DNA from: Patescibacteria group bacterium UBA3530
GTDB lineage: Bacteria > Patescibacteriota > Minisyncoccia > Phycocordibacterales > UBA2100
Direction: 5' to 3'
Assembly (NCBI GenBank): GCA_002376945.1
Contig: DFOX01000015.1
Span: 1-54,070, forward strand
DNA length: 54,070 nucleotides
Under the pieces are notes generated by a model. That model did no database searches and was not told where the DNA came from. It was given only the letters and a program-made list of their open reading frames with translations. Made by a program: the position numbers and the translations under genes. This document shows positions 30,116 through 39,327 of the stretch, in pieces. The first letter of the stretch is position 1. Each line of letters begins with the position of its first letter.

Positions 30116-31714
30116 TTATTTGGAGGGCAATTCTACAACAAACGTCGATCCTTTTCCCTCTCCTTCTGATTCTGCCCATATTTTGCCTTTGTGCGCTTCA
30201 ACCATTTGTCGTGCGACGTATAACCCAAGTCCCGTTCCGTTTACATTCACCTTGGATGCGCCTTCAGCTCTCACAAACTTCTCAAAAAGTGCCGGCAGTT
30301 GTGCTTTGGAAATACCGACTCCACTATCTGTTATTGAAACACGAACCGTACCATGTTCTGCTGCAATACGTATTCTCACCCATCCCTTCTCAGTGTATTT
30401 AATTGCATTTTCTATCAAATTAAAGAATATGTGATTGAGTTTTGTTTTGTCCGCATGCACGATACATGACGCATCGGCACAATCGTCTTTGAATGTGAGT
30501 TTGAGTTTGCGCTCATCCGCAATCGGTTGTAGTTCGGTGACAATGTCAGCAATCTGCTCATGTATCGCAAAGTCGCTCATGTCGTATTGCATACTTCCCT
30601 GTTCTATACGCGACACATTGAGAAAGTCGTTAATTGTTTGTGCAAGCATGCCACTTGATTCGAAAATTTTTTCGGTGATAGTGCGCGCTTTGTTCGGAAT
30701 TTTGCCGTATGAGCCATCGAGGATAAGGGAAAGATGGCCACGAATACCGGCAATAGGTCCGCGTAGCTGGTGTGTTGCAATGGAGAGAAATTCAGATTTT
30801 TGTTGGTCGAGTATTTCTAGGCGGTCGTTTGCAGATTTCAGCTGTTTGGTAATTTTTTCTAGTTCTTCGCGGATCTTTACCTCTTGCACCACACTACGTA
30901 TCACCGATATTCCAAGGATCAATGCAGCGATAAATACGATAGCACTGATTGTTTTGTCTTGTATATCTCCAAATGCAAATATACGGAATAAGAGCAGTAA
31001 CCAAAGTAGAGCGATAAATATTTCAGTTACAATGACCTTGATTTCCAAAAACTCATGACGAATCATAGCGTATGCAATAATAATTGGATAGAGTGTAAAT
31101 AATACCAACAAGAACGGAGGTAAAATATTATAGGTAAGCAAAAATACACCTCCTCCACCAATAAAACCTGCAAGAGAAGAATACAATACAAAACGCAACA
31201 TTAAGCGCTCCTTGCTTGGTGCATCAAGTTGTGCTTTGTACAGAATATAAATAGCATAACTGACCACAACAAAGAAATAGAATGTAAAATATATATACAT
31301 AAAACCGGGTTCTGGTGCATAATTGAAGATATGTTTAGGAATCACCTCCTTTACAAAAACAACCGACGGATTGATGAGGAAAAAGAATAATGAAACCACA
31401 ATCCCTGCATAGAAGATCTGATAGACTTTTCGATATGTATCAGTAAGATGGAGTACAAACAAAAGGTAGAATAGTGGTATAAATACTGCCGCTCCGTGCA
31501 AAATTATGTTACTGTACATTGCATCGGAAGAACTTGTTGCTGTAATCATTGAGTAATATCCAAAACTCCAAATAGCCGAACTTACATTTAAAAGGAGCCA
31601 CGCTTTGTTCTCGGCTTTCGAACTATTATCTAGATATGGAAGAAATCCCGCTAAAAGTGCAATAACTCCTCCAGAGAATAGTGATATGGTGTAATATTCG
31701 AGTGGAATTGGCAT
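30116..31714 (-). CDS. Sensor histidine kinase with N-terminal multi-TM (7TM-type) sensor
   Basis: Many TM helices; H-box ATHQLRGP, N-box NLIENAIKY, DSGVGI, GTGLGL, GKGSTF. Confidence 0.93.
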   Translation of the reverse strand: MPIPLEYYTISLFSGGVIALLAGFLPYLDNSSKAENKAWLLLNVSSAIWSFGYYSMITATSSSDAMYSNIILHGAAVFIPLFYLLFVLHLTDTYRKVYQIFYAGIVVSLFFFLINPSVVFVKEVIPKHIFNYAPEPGFMYIYFTFYFFVVVSYAIYILYKAQLDAPSKERLMLRFVLYSSLAGFIGGGGVFLLTYNILPPFLLVLFTLYPIIIAYAMIRHEFLEIKVIVTEIFIALLWLLLLFRIFAFGDIQDKTISAIVFIAALILGISVIRSVVQEVKIREELEKITKQLKSANDRLEILDQQKSEFLSIATHQLRGPIAGIRGHLSLILDGSYGKIPNKARTITEKIFESSGMLAQTINDFLNVSRIEQGSMQYDMSDFAIHEQIADIVTELQPIADERKLKLTFKDDCADASCIVHADKTKLNHIFFNLIENAIKYTEKGWVRIRIAAEHGTVRVSITDSGVGISKAQLPALFEKFVRAEGASKVNVNGTGLGLYVARQMVEAHKGKIWAESEGEGKGSTFVVELPSK

Positions 31715-31720
31715 ATGTTA

Positions 31721-33373
31721 TTAATATTGAGATAAGTGAATGTTTCCAACAGTAGCGTTTCTTGGGTGAGCTTCAAGAAAGTCGGCAAAATGCGACAGTG
31801 AGGTAAAGTTGATATTTGTCCCATGTTGAGGTTCGATATGTACGTCGCCAAGGAAGTCAGGAGCATTTGGTTCTAGTGACCGTAAAAATGACTTCATCTT
31901 GCCATCAATAGCAAATAGAGCTGAATGAGGTGTTGAGCACGCGACGTGAGGATTATTAAATCCATGGACATACCATCCCGTGGGAATATCTTCTGGTCTC
32001 AAATACCCATGCCAGTGACTGAGAGCAACCCCGGTATCTTTTACTTGTCGAGCAAAAGCAGCATCGGGATTTATATGAGCCAGTATCGATGCCACAATTG
32101 CGTTGCCTGCTGCATGTGCCAAAATAACCTTAGTGTCAAAGGATGGTTTGTAATCTGACGCCACACGCGCTCCCTTTGGTGCTTCCATAAACATTTTTCC
32201 GTTGTGAATACCCATTTTGAGCAAATCTTTTTCTGGAGTAAAGTTTGTCTTATCGCATCCTGAGCGCTGAGAGAGTACGGTGACTTCTGGAACTTTCATA
32301 AAGAATGTTCCGAATTCAGGAAGGTATATTACAATATTTAGATTATTACTATTGTCATAAAAATAGTCCTTATCAACAATTTCCTCCCGGTACTTGCTTT
32401 CCAATAGATCAACTGAATGTAGTTCACTTAACTTCGTAGGAAGCTGCCATGCTAAGAATCCATAACTCATACCATTGCGGTTATCGAGGTGTATTTTTCC
32501 AATCCAACGATAAAAATTATTTCGAAAAGGCAGGTCGTCAATTTTCTTTCCCGCTGGATACAATCCAAGTTTCTCCAGTACCACCCCGCTCTTCAACATA
32601 TCTGCGGTTAATGATGCGTATGGTTCTGTAGCAGCATCAAAGCGTGTTCGTAAAAACTTGAAGTCTGCTAGACGTTGGGGCTGCATTGGAGCTGCTAGTT
32701 TAGAGATCAATGACTCAAGCAATTCACGCTTAAACTCCTCGACTCCCACATGGCGCTTGTATGTCGGATGCGAAGCATTGAAGTTATAAAGAGTCCATGT
32801 TGTATCATCCACCGCCAATATAATATTGGACATATGGTGTGCAAACAAAGACATTGCAGTATCAAAATGTTCGTGGAAACTTGTAGTTGATTGTATATGT
32901 GCTGGCTTTTCAACAATCGAAACAACCTGACTTTTGGTAAAACTTGCGGTGTGATCCATAGGCAAATCATTTTGTACCCCTTCACCAAGTGCAATAATTG
33001 ATATTCCCGTTTTTATTCTATTGCGACGCACAAGATTTTTTAAAACAGCTCCATGTATATAAATGCGACCAGTGTCTTTTAAAAGGAGTTTTTCTACTAT
33101 GTACAAGAAATTACTCATCATAATTCGTATAAATCGGCTGAGTATTTTTGATAGTGGTATGAGATTTTTTGCCTCCGCGTAAGGCACTACTGTTACTCCC
33201 AGTTCCTTAAGGACTCGCTCAAGATTCCGAGCAAACGATGTGATATTTTCATTTAATACCGCCTTATTGGACGGATAGAAGGTAACTGTCAGTTTTTCGG
33301 CCATTTTCTTTGGATTCAATTGTATTGAGTCAGTGATACCGAGTATTTGTGTTAGTGCCTCTTTACTTAACAT
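31721..33373 (-). CDS. Hypothetical 550-aa protein with class II aldolase/adducin-like C-terminal motifs
   Basis: SGCDK, KPSFDT, HWH and QHG in the order seen in MtnB/AraD/FucA-type metalloenzymes. Confidence 0.6.
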   Translation of the reverse strand: MLSKEALTQILGITDSIQLNPKKMAEKLTVTFYPSNKAVLNENITSFARNLERVLKELGVTVVPYAEAKNLIPLSKILSRFIRIMMSNFLYIVEKLLLKDTGRIYIHGAVLKNLVRRNRIKTGISIIALGEGVQNDLPMDHTASFTKSQVVSIVEKPAHIQSTTSFHEHFDTAMSLFAHHMSNIILAVDDTTWTLYNFNASHPTYKRHVGVEEFKRELLESLISKLAAPMQPQRLADFKFLRTRFDAATEPYASLTADMLKSGVVLEKLGLYPAGKKIDDLPFRNNFYRWIGKIHLDNRNGMSYGFLAWQLPTKLSELHSVDLLESKYREEIVDKDYFYDNSNNLNIVIYLPEFGTFFMKVPEVTVLSQRSGCDKTNFTPEKDLLKMGIHNGKMFMEAPKGARVASDYKPSFDTKVILAHAAGNAIVASILAHINPDAAFARQVKDTGVALSHWHGYLRPEDIPTGWYVHGFNNPHVACSTPHSALFAIDGKMKSFLRSLEPNAPDFLGDVHIEPQHGTNINFTSLSHFADFLEAHPRNATVGNIHLSQY

Positions 33374-33444
33374 ATAGTATGTATAGTAGCACCAAAAGGG
33401 GATTTTTAAAGTAATATCTTAATCTAAACCCTCAAGTGCAACAA

Positions 33445-33499
33445 TGAACATACCCATAGTTTGGTTAAGTGGGTTGCTAACACACTGCGGGTATGTTCA
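33445..33499. repeat. Long intergenic inverted repeat
   Basis: TGAACATACCCATAGT ... ACTGCGGGTATGTTCA (11-bp perfect core, 14/16 overall). Confidence 0.6.
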
Positions 33500-33539
33500 G
33501 TTGAGTATATTGTGAAAGATTTAACAAAGCGAGAAGGGA

Positions 33540-34274
33540 TCATTTGTTTCGAATATTCATCTTCTCATACACCTCTTCCATGACCGAAGCTACTTGCGAT
33601 TGATAAAATTCAGCAGTATTTGATGAGGGGGGGATATCACGAGGTGTTCCAAATTGCACCATGCCCTTATGCCTTCCTTTAAGGAAATTCCACGGGGTTG
33701 TATTTCTAAATCCGGTAACTGAAACTGGAATAGTAACGACTCCTTCTAAGCTGGCAAGATATCCTGCGCCACCGTGAAAAACAGGATCTTCCTTCGTGGG
33801 ATCAGTACGCTTTCCCTCAGGGAAAATAAGAAAACATGCACCATCTTCTTGCATGAGAGAGGCGTGCAGCTTTAATGCTTCAGCGTACGATCGAGTATTT
33901 GGTGTTGATGGGTATGCTGCCCACAAAGCAAAAAACCATGATGAACTGTACAGCTTGCTTCTCCAAGAGAACACACTGTCAGCAAAGATTTTCAAAGGTG
34001 CGGTTACATAGCACAGAGGAGCGTGCGACCAGAAAAGTGGAAGTGCTGCCCGTATTGCAATTGGATCCAACTCGCTTCCATGATTGGCAACAAAGAGTAT
34101 TGGCTGATGGGGGTATTCCAGTACGTTATCAAGTCCACGTACTTCAAAACGGGAGAAAAAGTTAAGAGCAAGTCGCGTCGGAATCCAAGCCAATGCTTGG
34201 AGCATTCTTGGAACGAAAAAAGACACACGACGCGCTGTTATAGACATCGTTGTTTTTATCACAGGTGCACTCAT
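33540..34274 (-). CDS. PlsC-like acyltransferase
   Basis: EVRGLDN, ANHGSELDP (HX4D), IFPEGKRT. Confidence 0.85.
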   Translation of the reverse strand: MSAPVIKTTMSITARRVSFFVPRMLQALAWIPTRLALNFFSRFEVRGLDNVLEYPHQPILFVANHGSELDPIAIRAALPLFWSHAPLCYVTAPLKIFADSVFSWRSKLYSSSWFFALWAAYPSTPNTRSYAEALKLHASLMQEDGACFLIFPEGKRTDPTKEDPVFHGGAGYLASLEGVVTIPVSVTGFRNTTPWNFLKGRHKGMVQFGTPRDIPPSSNTAEFYQSQVASVMEEVYEKMNIRNK

Positions 34275-34284
34275 GATGATCTTC

Positions 34285-34758
34285 TTACGCCACAAACAGC
34301 GCAAACAGCGCAATAATCAGAATCCAAAAGAGACTCGTCGTTGACTCGAATAATGTGTCAAAGGTGCTGCTGAATGAATAAAGACTGTCAATAGGTACTA
34401 TGTGATATGTGAATGAAATGAGCAGCAGTGCCAAGAGTGTAGAAACAACCACAACATAAAACGGTCTTCCACTACCGCGTGCAATTCCCACCGTGCGATG
34501 TTGTATCCAGAGTGTAAACCATATGAATATACCAAAAAGTAGAAGCGGGACCCAAGCAGCAAGTCCGCTTGGCATCACAGCCAAGAGCTCGGCATGATAT
34601 GGAAATATGAGATAGAGGAGTCCAGCAATTGGTGCGGCAATAATGGTTGAGACGAGGATACCCGAACCTTCCATTATTCCGTAGATGATAAATACGGAAG
34701 TGAGTAGGATAAGGATAGCCAAGTCGGGTGCAATTGATGAAGATAATAATCCTTCCAT
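34285..34758 (-). CDS. Hypothetical integral membrane protein
   Basis: About 5 hydrophobic helices; -10-like box before ATG. Confidence 0.7.
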   Translation of the reverse strand: MEGLLSSSIAPDLAILILLTSVFIIYGIMEGSGILVSTIIAAPIAGLLYLIFPYHAELLAVMPSGLAAWVPLLLFGIFIWFTLWIQHRTVGIARGSGRPFYVVVVSTLLALLLISFTYHIVPIDSLYSFSSTFDTLFESTTSLFWILIIALFALFVA

Positions 34759-34810
34759 ATACTCTATGATATACCAGTCTTCATGTAATCGCGTACTTTT
34801 TTATCCCCTA

Positions 34811-35863
34811 CTACACCCCCTCCTTTTTCAACTCCTCAACCAATTTTTTCGCACTTCTTGAAAGTTTCTTCGGGAGATCAATATTGACTGTAACGAGTAA
34901 ATCTCCTCGTCCTCCTGTTGATCGCGGAACGCCTTTCTCTCTCACGCGAAGCACTTCTCCATGTGTAATACCTTGCGGAATCTTCAATTCAATTGGCTTT
35001 TCGAGCGTAGGAACGGTGTAGATACTTCCAAGGAGCGCATCGGAGAGTTTGACGCCAAGTGTCATACGAATATCCTTCCCTGTTCGTGTAAACGACGTAT
35101 GTGGTCGAACATGCACCTTTATATACAAATCTCCTGCCTGCCCATTACGCACCGCTTCTCCCTTTCCGGGAAGTCGAATCATCTCTCCATTATCAATCCC
35201 GGCAGGAATAGAAAGAGAGATTTCTTCTTGTTGCTCTCGTACACCTCTGCCGTGACATTCTCCACATTTCTGCTCGGGAACCGTTCCCGTGCCGAAACAC
35301 TCTCCACATTCACGATTGCTCGTAAATGTGCCAAGAATGGATCGACGAGTCTCCTGTACTGAACCGCGACCATTACATACCGAACATGTCTTTGTTTTGG
35401 TTACATCTTGAGCCCCGGTTCCTTCGCAGTGATCGCAGTATCCTGTTTTGTTAAGTAGCACGGTTCGTTCAAGACCAAAGATCGCTTCTTCAAACGAGAG
35501 TTCGATGTCCATCGATATGTCACGTCCGCGGCGCGTGTGAGCTCTCCCACCACCAAATACTTCGCCAAAAATGTCATTAAGATCAAATTCGACACCTCCA
35601 CCAAACCCTTGTTGGAATTGTGAGAAATCAAATCCTCCTTGTGGTCCACCGCCACCGGCAAACGTGCGACCGTATGCATCATATTCAGCTCTCCGCTTCT
35701 TATCGCCAAGTACCGCATATGCCTCACTCGCCGCTTTAAATTTGGCTTCGTCACCTCCCTTTTTATCCGGGTGATATTTCTGTGCGACACTGCGAAATGC
35801 TTTCTTAATTTCAGAATCCGAAGCATTCTTTGAGACACCTAAAATGTCATAGTAATCTTTCAT
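34811..35863 (-). CDS. dnaJ: Chaperone DnaJ
   Basis: J-domain HPD, G/F region, four CxxCxGxG repeats. Confidence 0.97.
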   Translation of the reverse strand: MKDYYDILGVSKNASDSEIKKAFRSVAQKYHPDKKGGDEAKFKAASEAYAVLGDKKRRAEYDAYGRTFAGGGGPQGGFDFSQFQQGFGGGVEFDLNDIFGEVFGGGRAHTRRGRDISMDIELSFEEAIFGLERTVLLNKTGYCDHCEGTGAQDVTKTKTCSVCNGRGSVQETRRSILGTFTSNRECGECFGTGTVPEQKCGECHGRGVREQQEEISLSIPAGIDNGEMIRLPGKGEAVRNGQAGDLYIKVHVRPHTSFTRTGKDIRMTLGVKLSDALLGSIYTVPTLEKPIELKIPQGITHGEVLRVREKGVPRSTGGRGDLLVTVNIDLPKKLSRSAKKLVEELKKEGV

Positions 35864-35874
35864 GAAAGAAAAGA

Positions 35875-37761
35875 TTACTTCTTCTCATCCGTTTCGTCAA
35901 ATTCAGCATCGCGTGCTTCTCCTCCTTTTTCTTCTTCCGTAGAAGGTGCTGCTTCCTGCTGCTGCTTTGCCAGCGCTTCACCAATTGAACTCATGGCACC
36001 GGTGAGCTCCTCTGATGCCTTCTTAATTGCATCAGTATCATCTCCCTCACGCATTTTTTTAAGAGCATCAATTTTTTCATTGACGGGTGCGACAATTTCT
36101 TCCCCTACTGCTTCTCCATGGTCTTTTACTGCTTTCTCAGCTGCGTAGAGCACTTGCTCCGATGCATTTCTCACTTCGACTGCTTCCTTTTTCTTCTTGT
36201 CCTCATCAGCATGTGTTTCCGCATCCGCTTTCATTTTCTCCACTTCCGCTTCCGAGAGCCCCGAACTCCCCTCAATTTTAATCGATTGCTCTTTGTTAGT
36301 TCCCTTATCCAGTGCTTTCACATTCAAAATCCCATTGGCGTCGATGTCGAATGATACCTCGATCTGTGGCAATCCACGTGGAGCTGGTGCGATGCCATCA
36401 AGCACAAAGCGTCCCAGTATCTTGTTGTCTGCGGTCATTTCTCGCTCTCCCTGTGTCACCACAATCTCAACAGATGGTTGATTATCTGCGGCGGTTGAGA
36501 AAATCTGTGATTTGCTCGTTGGGATAGTGGTATTACGCTCAATTAATTTTGTGGCAATACCTCCCATTGTCTCAATACCGAGTGAGAGCGGGATGACATC
36601 CAGCAAGAGAACATCCTTCACATCTCCTTGTAGGATTCCTCCTTGAATTGCAGCGCCCAGTGCCACCACCTCGTCGGGGTTAATTGATTTGTTCGGCTCT
36701 TTTCCAAACAACTCCTTCACCTTTTCGGCGATGAGCGGCATACGTGTTTGACCGCCAACAAGAATTACTTCATCAATGTCAGCGATATCAAACGGACTCG
36801 CCTCAACTGCACGCTTGGTAATGTCAATCGCTTTATCCACGTACTCCAAGGCCAATTCGTCGAGCGTTGCGCGCGTAAGTGTCAGCAGCAAGTGCACCGG
36901 CCCCGCCTCTCCTGAGGTAATGAAGGGGATGTTAATTTCCGATTCGCTCGCGGTTGAGAGCTCTATTTTTGCCTTCTCGGCAGCTTCATCGAGTCGCTGC
37001 AGTGCCAGAGGGTCTGTACTTACATCGATACCCGATTCCTTCTTAAATTCCGAAACAATCCAGTTGATAATCTTTTGGTCGATATCTCGTCCTCCCATGT
37101 GCGAGTTTCCGTCAGTTGACTTTACTTCGATTACATCATCTCCAACTTCAAGCACCGATACGTCAAACGTTCCTCCTCCAAAGTCAAATACCACAATTTG
37201 CTCATCCTTCTTTTTGTTGAACCCGTAGGCAAGCGCAGCCGCGGTTGGTTCGTTGATGATTCGCTTCACGTCAAGTCCTGCAATTTTTCCAGCGTCTTTT
37301 GTCGCCTTTCGTTGTGCATCATCAAAGTATGCCGGAACAGTGATGATTGCCTCGGTAATGGTCTCACCGGTTTTCTCTTCAGCATCGGTCTTCATCTTCT
37401 GCAAAATCATTGCTGAAACTTCCTCAGGCCGATAGTCTTTTCCTGAAAGCGTGATGGTCACCCCTTTGTCCGCACCTTCCGTAAGTGCATACGGTACAAT
37501 GTCTTTGTCCTTCTGCACCGAGGCATCGGAAAACGTGTGGCCGACAAAACGCTTTACGCCGAAAATGGTATTTTGCGGATTGGTCACCGCCTGACGTTTT
37601 GCGAGCACGCCAACCATACGGTCACCGTTTTTTGAAATACCAACAATTGAAGGGGTGGTTCTTGAACCTTCTGCATTTTCAATGATTGAGGGCTCCCCTC
37701 CCGAGACCATTGCCATTGCGGAATTTGTTGTTCCCAGATCGATTCCTAAAATTTTAGACAT
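35875..37761 (-). CDS. dnaK: Chaperone DnaK
   Basis: [37 protein letters not shown]. Confidence 0.98.
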   Translation of the reverse strand: MSKILGIDLGTTNSAMAMVSGGEPSIIENAEGSRTTPSIVGISKNGDRMVGVLAKRQAVTNPQNTIFGVKRFVGHTFSDASVQKDKDIVPYALTEGADKGVTITLSGKDYRPEEVSAMILQKMKTDAEEKTGETITEAIITVPAYFDDAQRKATKDAGKIAGLDVKRIINEPTAAALAYGFNKKKDEQIVVFDFGGGTFDVSVLEVGDDVIEVKSTDGNSHMGGRDIDQKIINWIVSEFKKESGIDVSTDPLALQRLDEAAEKAKIELSTASESEINIPFITSGEAGPVHLLLTLTRATLDELALEYVDKAIDITKRAVEASPFDIADIDEVILVGGQTRMPLIAEKVKELFGKEPNKSINPDEVVALGAAIQGGILQGDVKDVLLLDVIPLSLGIETMGGIATKLIERNTTIPTSKSQIFSTAADNQPSVEIVVTQGEREMTADNKILGRFVLDGIAPAPRGLPQIEVSFDIDANGILNVKALDKGTNKEQSIKIEGSSGLSEAEVEKMKADAETHADEDKKKKEAVEVRNASEQVLYAAEKAVKDHGEAVGEEIVAPVNEKIDALKKMREGDDTDAIKKASEELTGAMSSIGEALAKQQQEAAPSTEEEKGGEARDAEFDETDEKK

Positions 37762-37771
37762 AGTATTGTAT

Positions 37772-38104
37772 TTAATTAGTATCTATTCGATGCAGTGCAA
37801 CATCGCGCAAGTATGCAGAAATGGTGTCGTAGCCATGATCTCGCACCTTTTGCTCGATGAGCGCGCGTTCATCCGCTGACACACGAAAGCGAATAACTTG
37901 ATTTTGCTGTGCGTGTGCAATGAGCGCGCGTTGCTCTGCAATGAGTGATGGCAGTTCGGCGAGGATACGAGGAATCTCGTCATTGGGAAAACGAGCTTCG
38001 ATATTCGCACTGCGGCAGATAAGATGGGTCACCTTCTGAGCCGGATGGAGCGTGTATCCATGACGCTGATTGCCGATGATAATATAATGCTTACGAATAG
38101 ACAT
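37772..38104 (-). CDS. Putative ribbon-helix-helix transcription regulator in the dnaK operon
   Basis: C-terminal [34 protein letters not shown] fits the MobC/NikA-type RHH pattern. Confidence 0.75.
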   Translation of the reverse strand: MSIRKHYIIIGNQRHGYTLHPAQKVTHLICRSANIEARFPNDEIPRILAELPSLIAEQRALIAHAQQNQVIRFRVSADERALIEQKVRDHGYDTISAYLRDVALHRIDTN

Positions 38105-38142
38105 TGTGGCCACATTGTAGCTACAGTGAGCATCTCTTTCAA
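38105..38142 (-). promoter_or_regulatory. Sigma70 promoter TTGAAA-N17-TACAAT overlapped by tandem TGTRGCYACA palindromes
   Basis: -35 at 38142-38137, -10 at 38119-38114; palindromes TGTGGCCACA (38105-38114) and TGTAGCTACA (38116-38125). Confidence 0.75.
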
Positions 38143-38148
38143 TCTTGA

Positions 38149-38658
38149 CTACTCAAAGATTATGACGTGTGCTGGTCGTACCACCGCAGTGTGGTGCATG
38201 TATCCCTTTCTTTGCACACTGGCGATAGTGTGTGCTTCGCCACCTTCTTCCTTCCCCACTGCCTCGTGCAGCGTCGGATCAAAGGTATCGCCCACTTCTC
38301 CAAACTGTGTAAATCCGTGTGATTGGAGAATTTCTCGTAGTTGTGCATATATATGCTCAATACCTTGTCGCCAGGTTGCATCAACACCCTTTCCCATTTC
38401 TCCTTCAAGTGCAAGGTCAAAGCTGTCAAGTGACGGGAGGAAAGATTCAAGTACATTGGAAACGGCTCGTTGGGTGAGCCGTTTATGCACTTCGGCTTCC
38501 GTCTTCGCCTTATTTGTATTGTCAGCTTTGAGCCGTTGCCATCCGTCAAGATATTCCTTCTTCTCCTGCTCGCACGTTTTCAAACGAGCACGAAGCTTTT
38601 TAATGAGTTCCGCTCCTTCGTCCTCTTCGTATATTATGTCGTCTTGTTCTTTTGTCAT
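38149..38658 (-). CDS. grpE: Nucleotide exchange factor GrpE
   Basis: WQRLKAD..N, FDPTLHEAV, KGY....VVRPAHV. Confidence 0.94.
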   Translation of the reverse strand: MTKEQDDIIYEEDEGAELIKKLRARLKTCEQEKKEYLDGWQRLKADNTNKAKTEAEVHKRLTQRAVSNVLESFLPSLDSFDLALEGEMGKGVDATWRQGIEHIYAQLREILQSHGFTQFGEVGDTFDPTLHEAVGKEEGGEAHTIASVQRKGYMHHTAVVRPAHVIIFE

Positions 38659-38685
38659 TGGGGTCGATTATATACCAAACTCACC

Positions 38686-38723
38686 AAAAGAAGAAACACT
38701 CGACGCGGTAGCGCCGAGTGCTT
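38686..38723 (-). terminator. Intrinsic terminator after GNAT gene
   Basis: Minus strand AAGCACTCGGCGC-TACC-GCGTCGAGTGTTTCTTCTTTT. Confidence 0.72.
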
Positions 38724-38732
38724 GGGAGGAAA

Positions 38733-39293
38733 TCATTCTCGCGAATACGCCTCCCATATTTCCATGAAATCGTCGCGAAACACCTCCATCAGGATTTCAT
38801 CAACGAATCTGCCACGGAGAAGATGGTCCTCTTTGCGAACACCGATTTGTCGGTACCCGGTTTTCTCCAGATACCTCTTGCTTCTGTGGTTTGTTGCAAG
38901 AACTGATGAACGCACCTTCCGCAAGTTCAACTCCCGGAAAGCCCAGTGAAGCAGATGCATTTTTGCATCTGTTCCATAGCCCCTTCCATGACACTTTTTG
39001 TCACCAAGTAAAGCACCGGTTGCGGCACGTTGATTTCGATGGTCGATTTGCAGAATTCCCATGGTGCCGATGAAATTCTTCTTCTCGTCCTTCGTTTCAA
39101 TGGCAAGCACAAAGTTGGTAGTGCTGTCGATGAGCTTCTCATACCATTGTTCCTCAGACTCGAACATCATAGGGTGATACATGTTAAGATATTGCGTTAT
39201 CTCAGGATCGTTGATCCACTCAGTGAGTGCCGGAAGATCGTCCCGTGTGAGGGTTCTCAGAACAACTTTCTTTCCGGTTATAAAAGTAGCCAT
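38733..39293 (-). CDS. RimJ/RimL/SpeG-type GNAT N-acetyltransferase
   Basis: V.LR.L..DDL, HGRGYGT, WAFRELNLRKV, N..S...LEK.GY; SD AAGGAG. Confidence 0.9.
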   Translation of the reverse strand: MATFITGKKVVLRTLTRDDLPALTEWINDPEITQYLNMYHPMMFESEEQWYEKLIDSTTNFVLAIETKDEKKNFIGTMGILQIDHRNQRAATGALLGDKKCHGRGYGTDAKMHLLHWAFRELNLRKVRSSVLATNHRSKRYLEKTGYRQIGVRKEDHLLRGRFVDEILMEVFRDDFMEIWEAYSRE

Positions 39294-39327
39294 AATATTC
39301 TCCTTTTTGGCTTTTTTAAGGTACATA

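Noticed and set aside
37772-38104. Plasmid MobC or toxin-antitoxin antitoxin
   Set aside because: No relaxase or toxin gene is adjacent, and the gene is embedded in the chaperone operon; not fully excluded as its evolutionary origin
38659-38730. CIRCE or HAIR element upstream of grpE
   Set aside because: No TTAGCACTC-N9-GAGTGCTAA; the CACTCG/CGAGTG hairpin has the wrong spacing and a U-tract, so it fits the GNAT terminator
4389-38767. Long antisense or alternate-frame ORFs (e.g. 4389-5102, 9836-10477, 27056-27772, 30435-31058, 38024-38767)
   Set aside because: They are shadows of well-supported genes, with no motifs and Ser/Cys-rich composition
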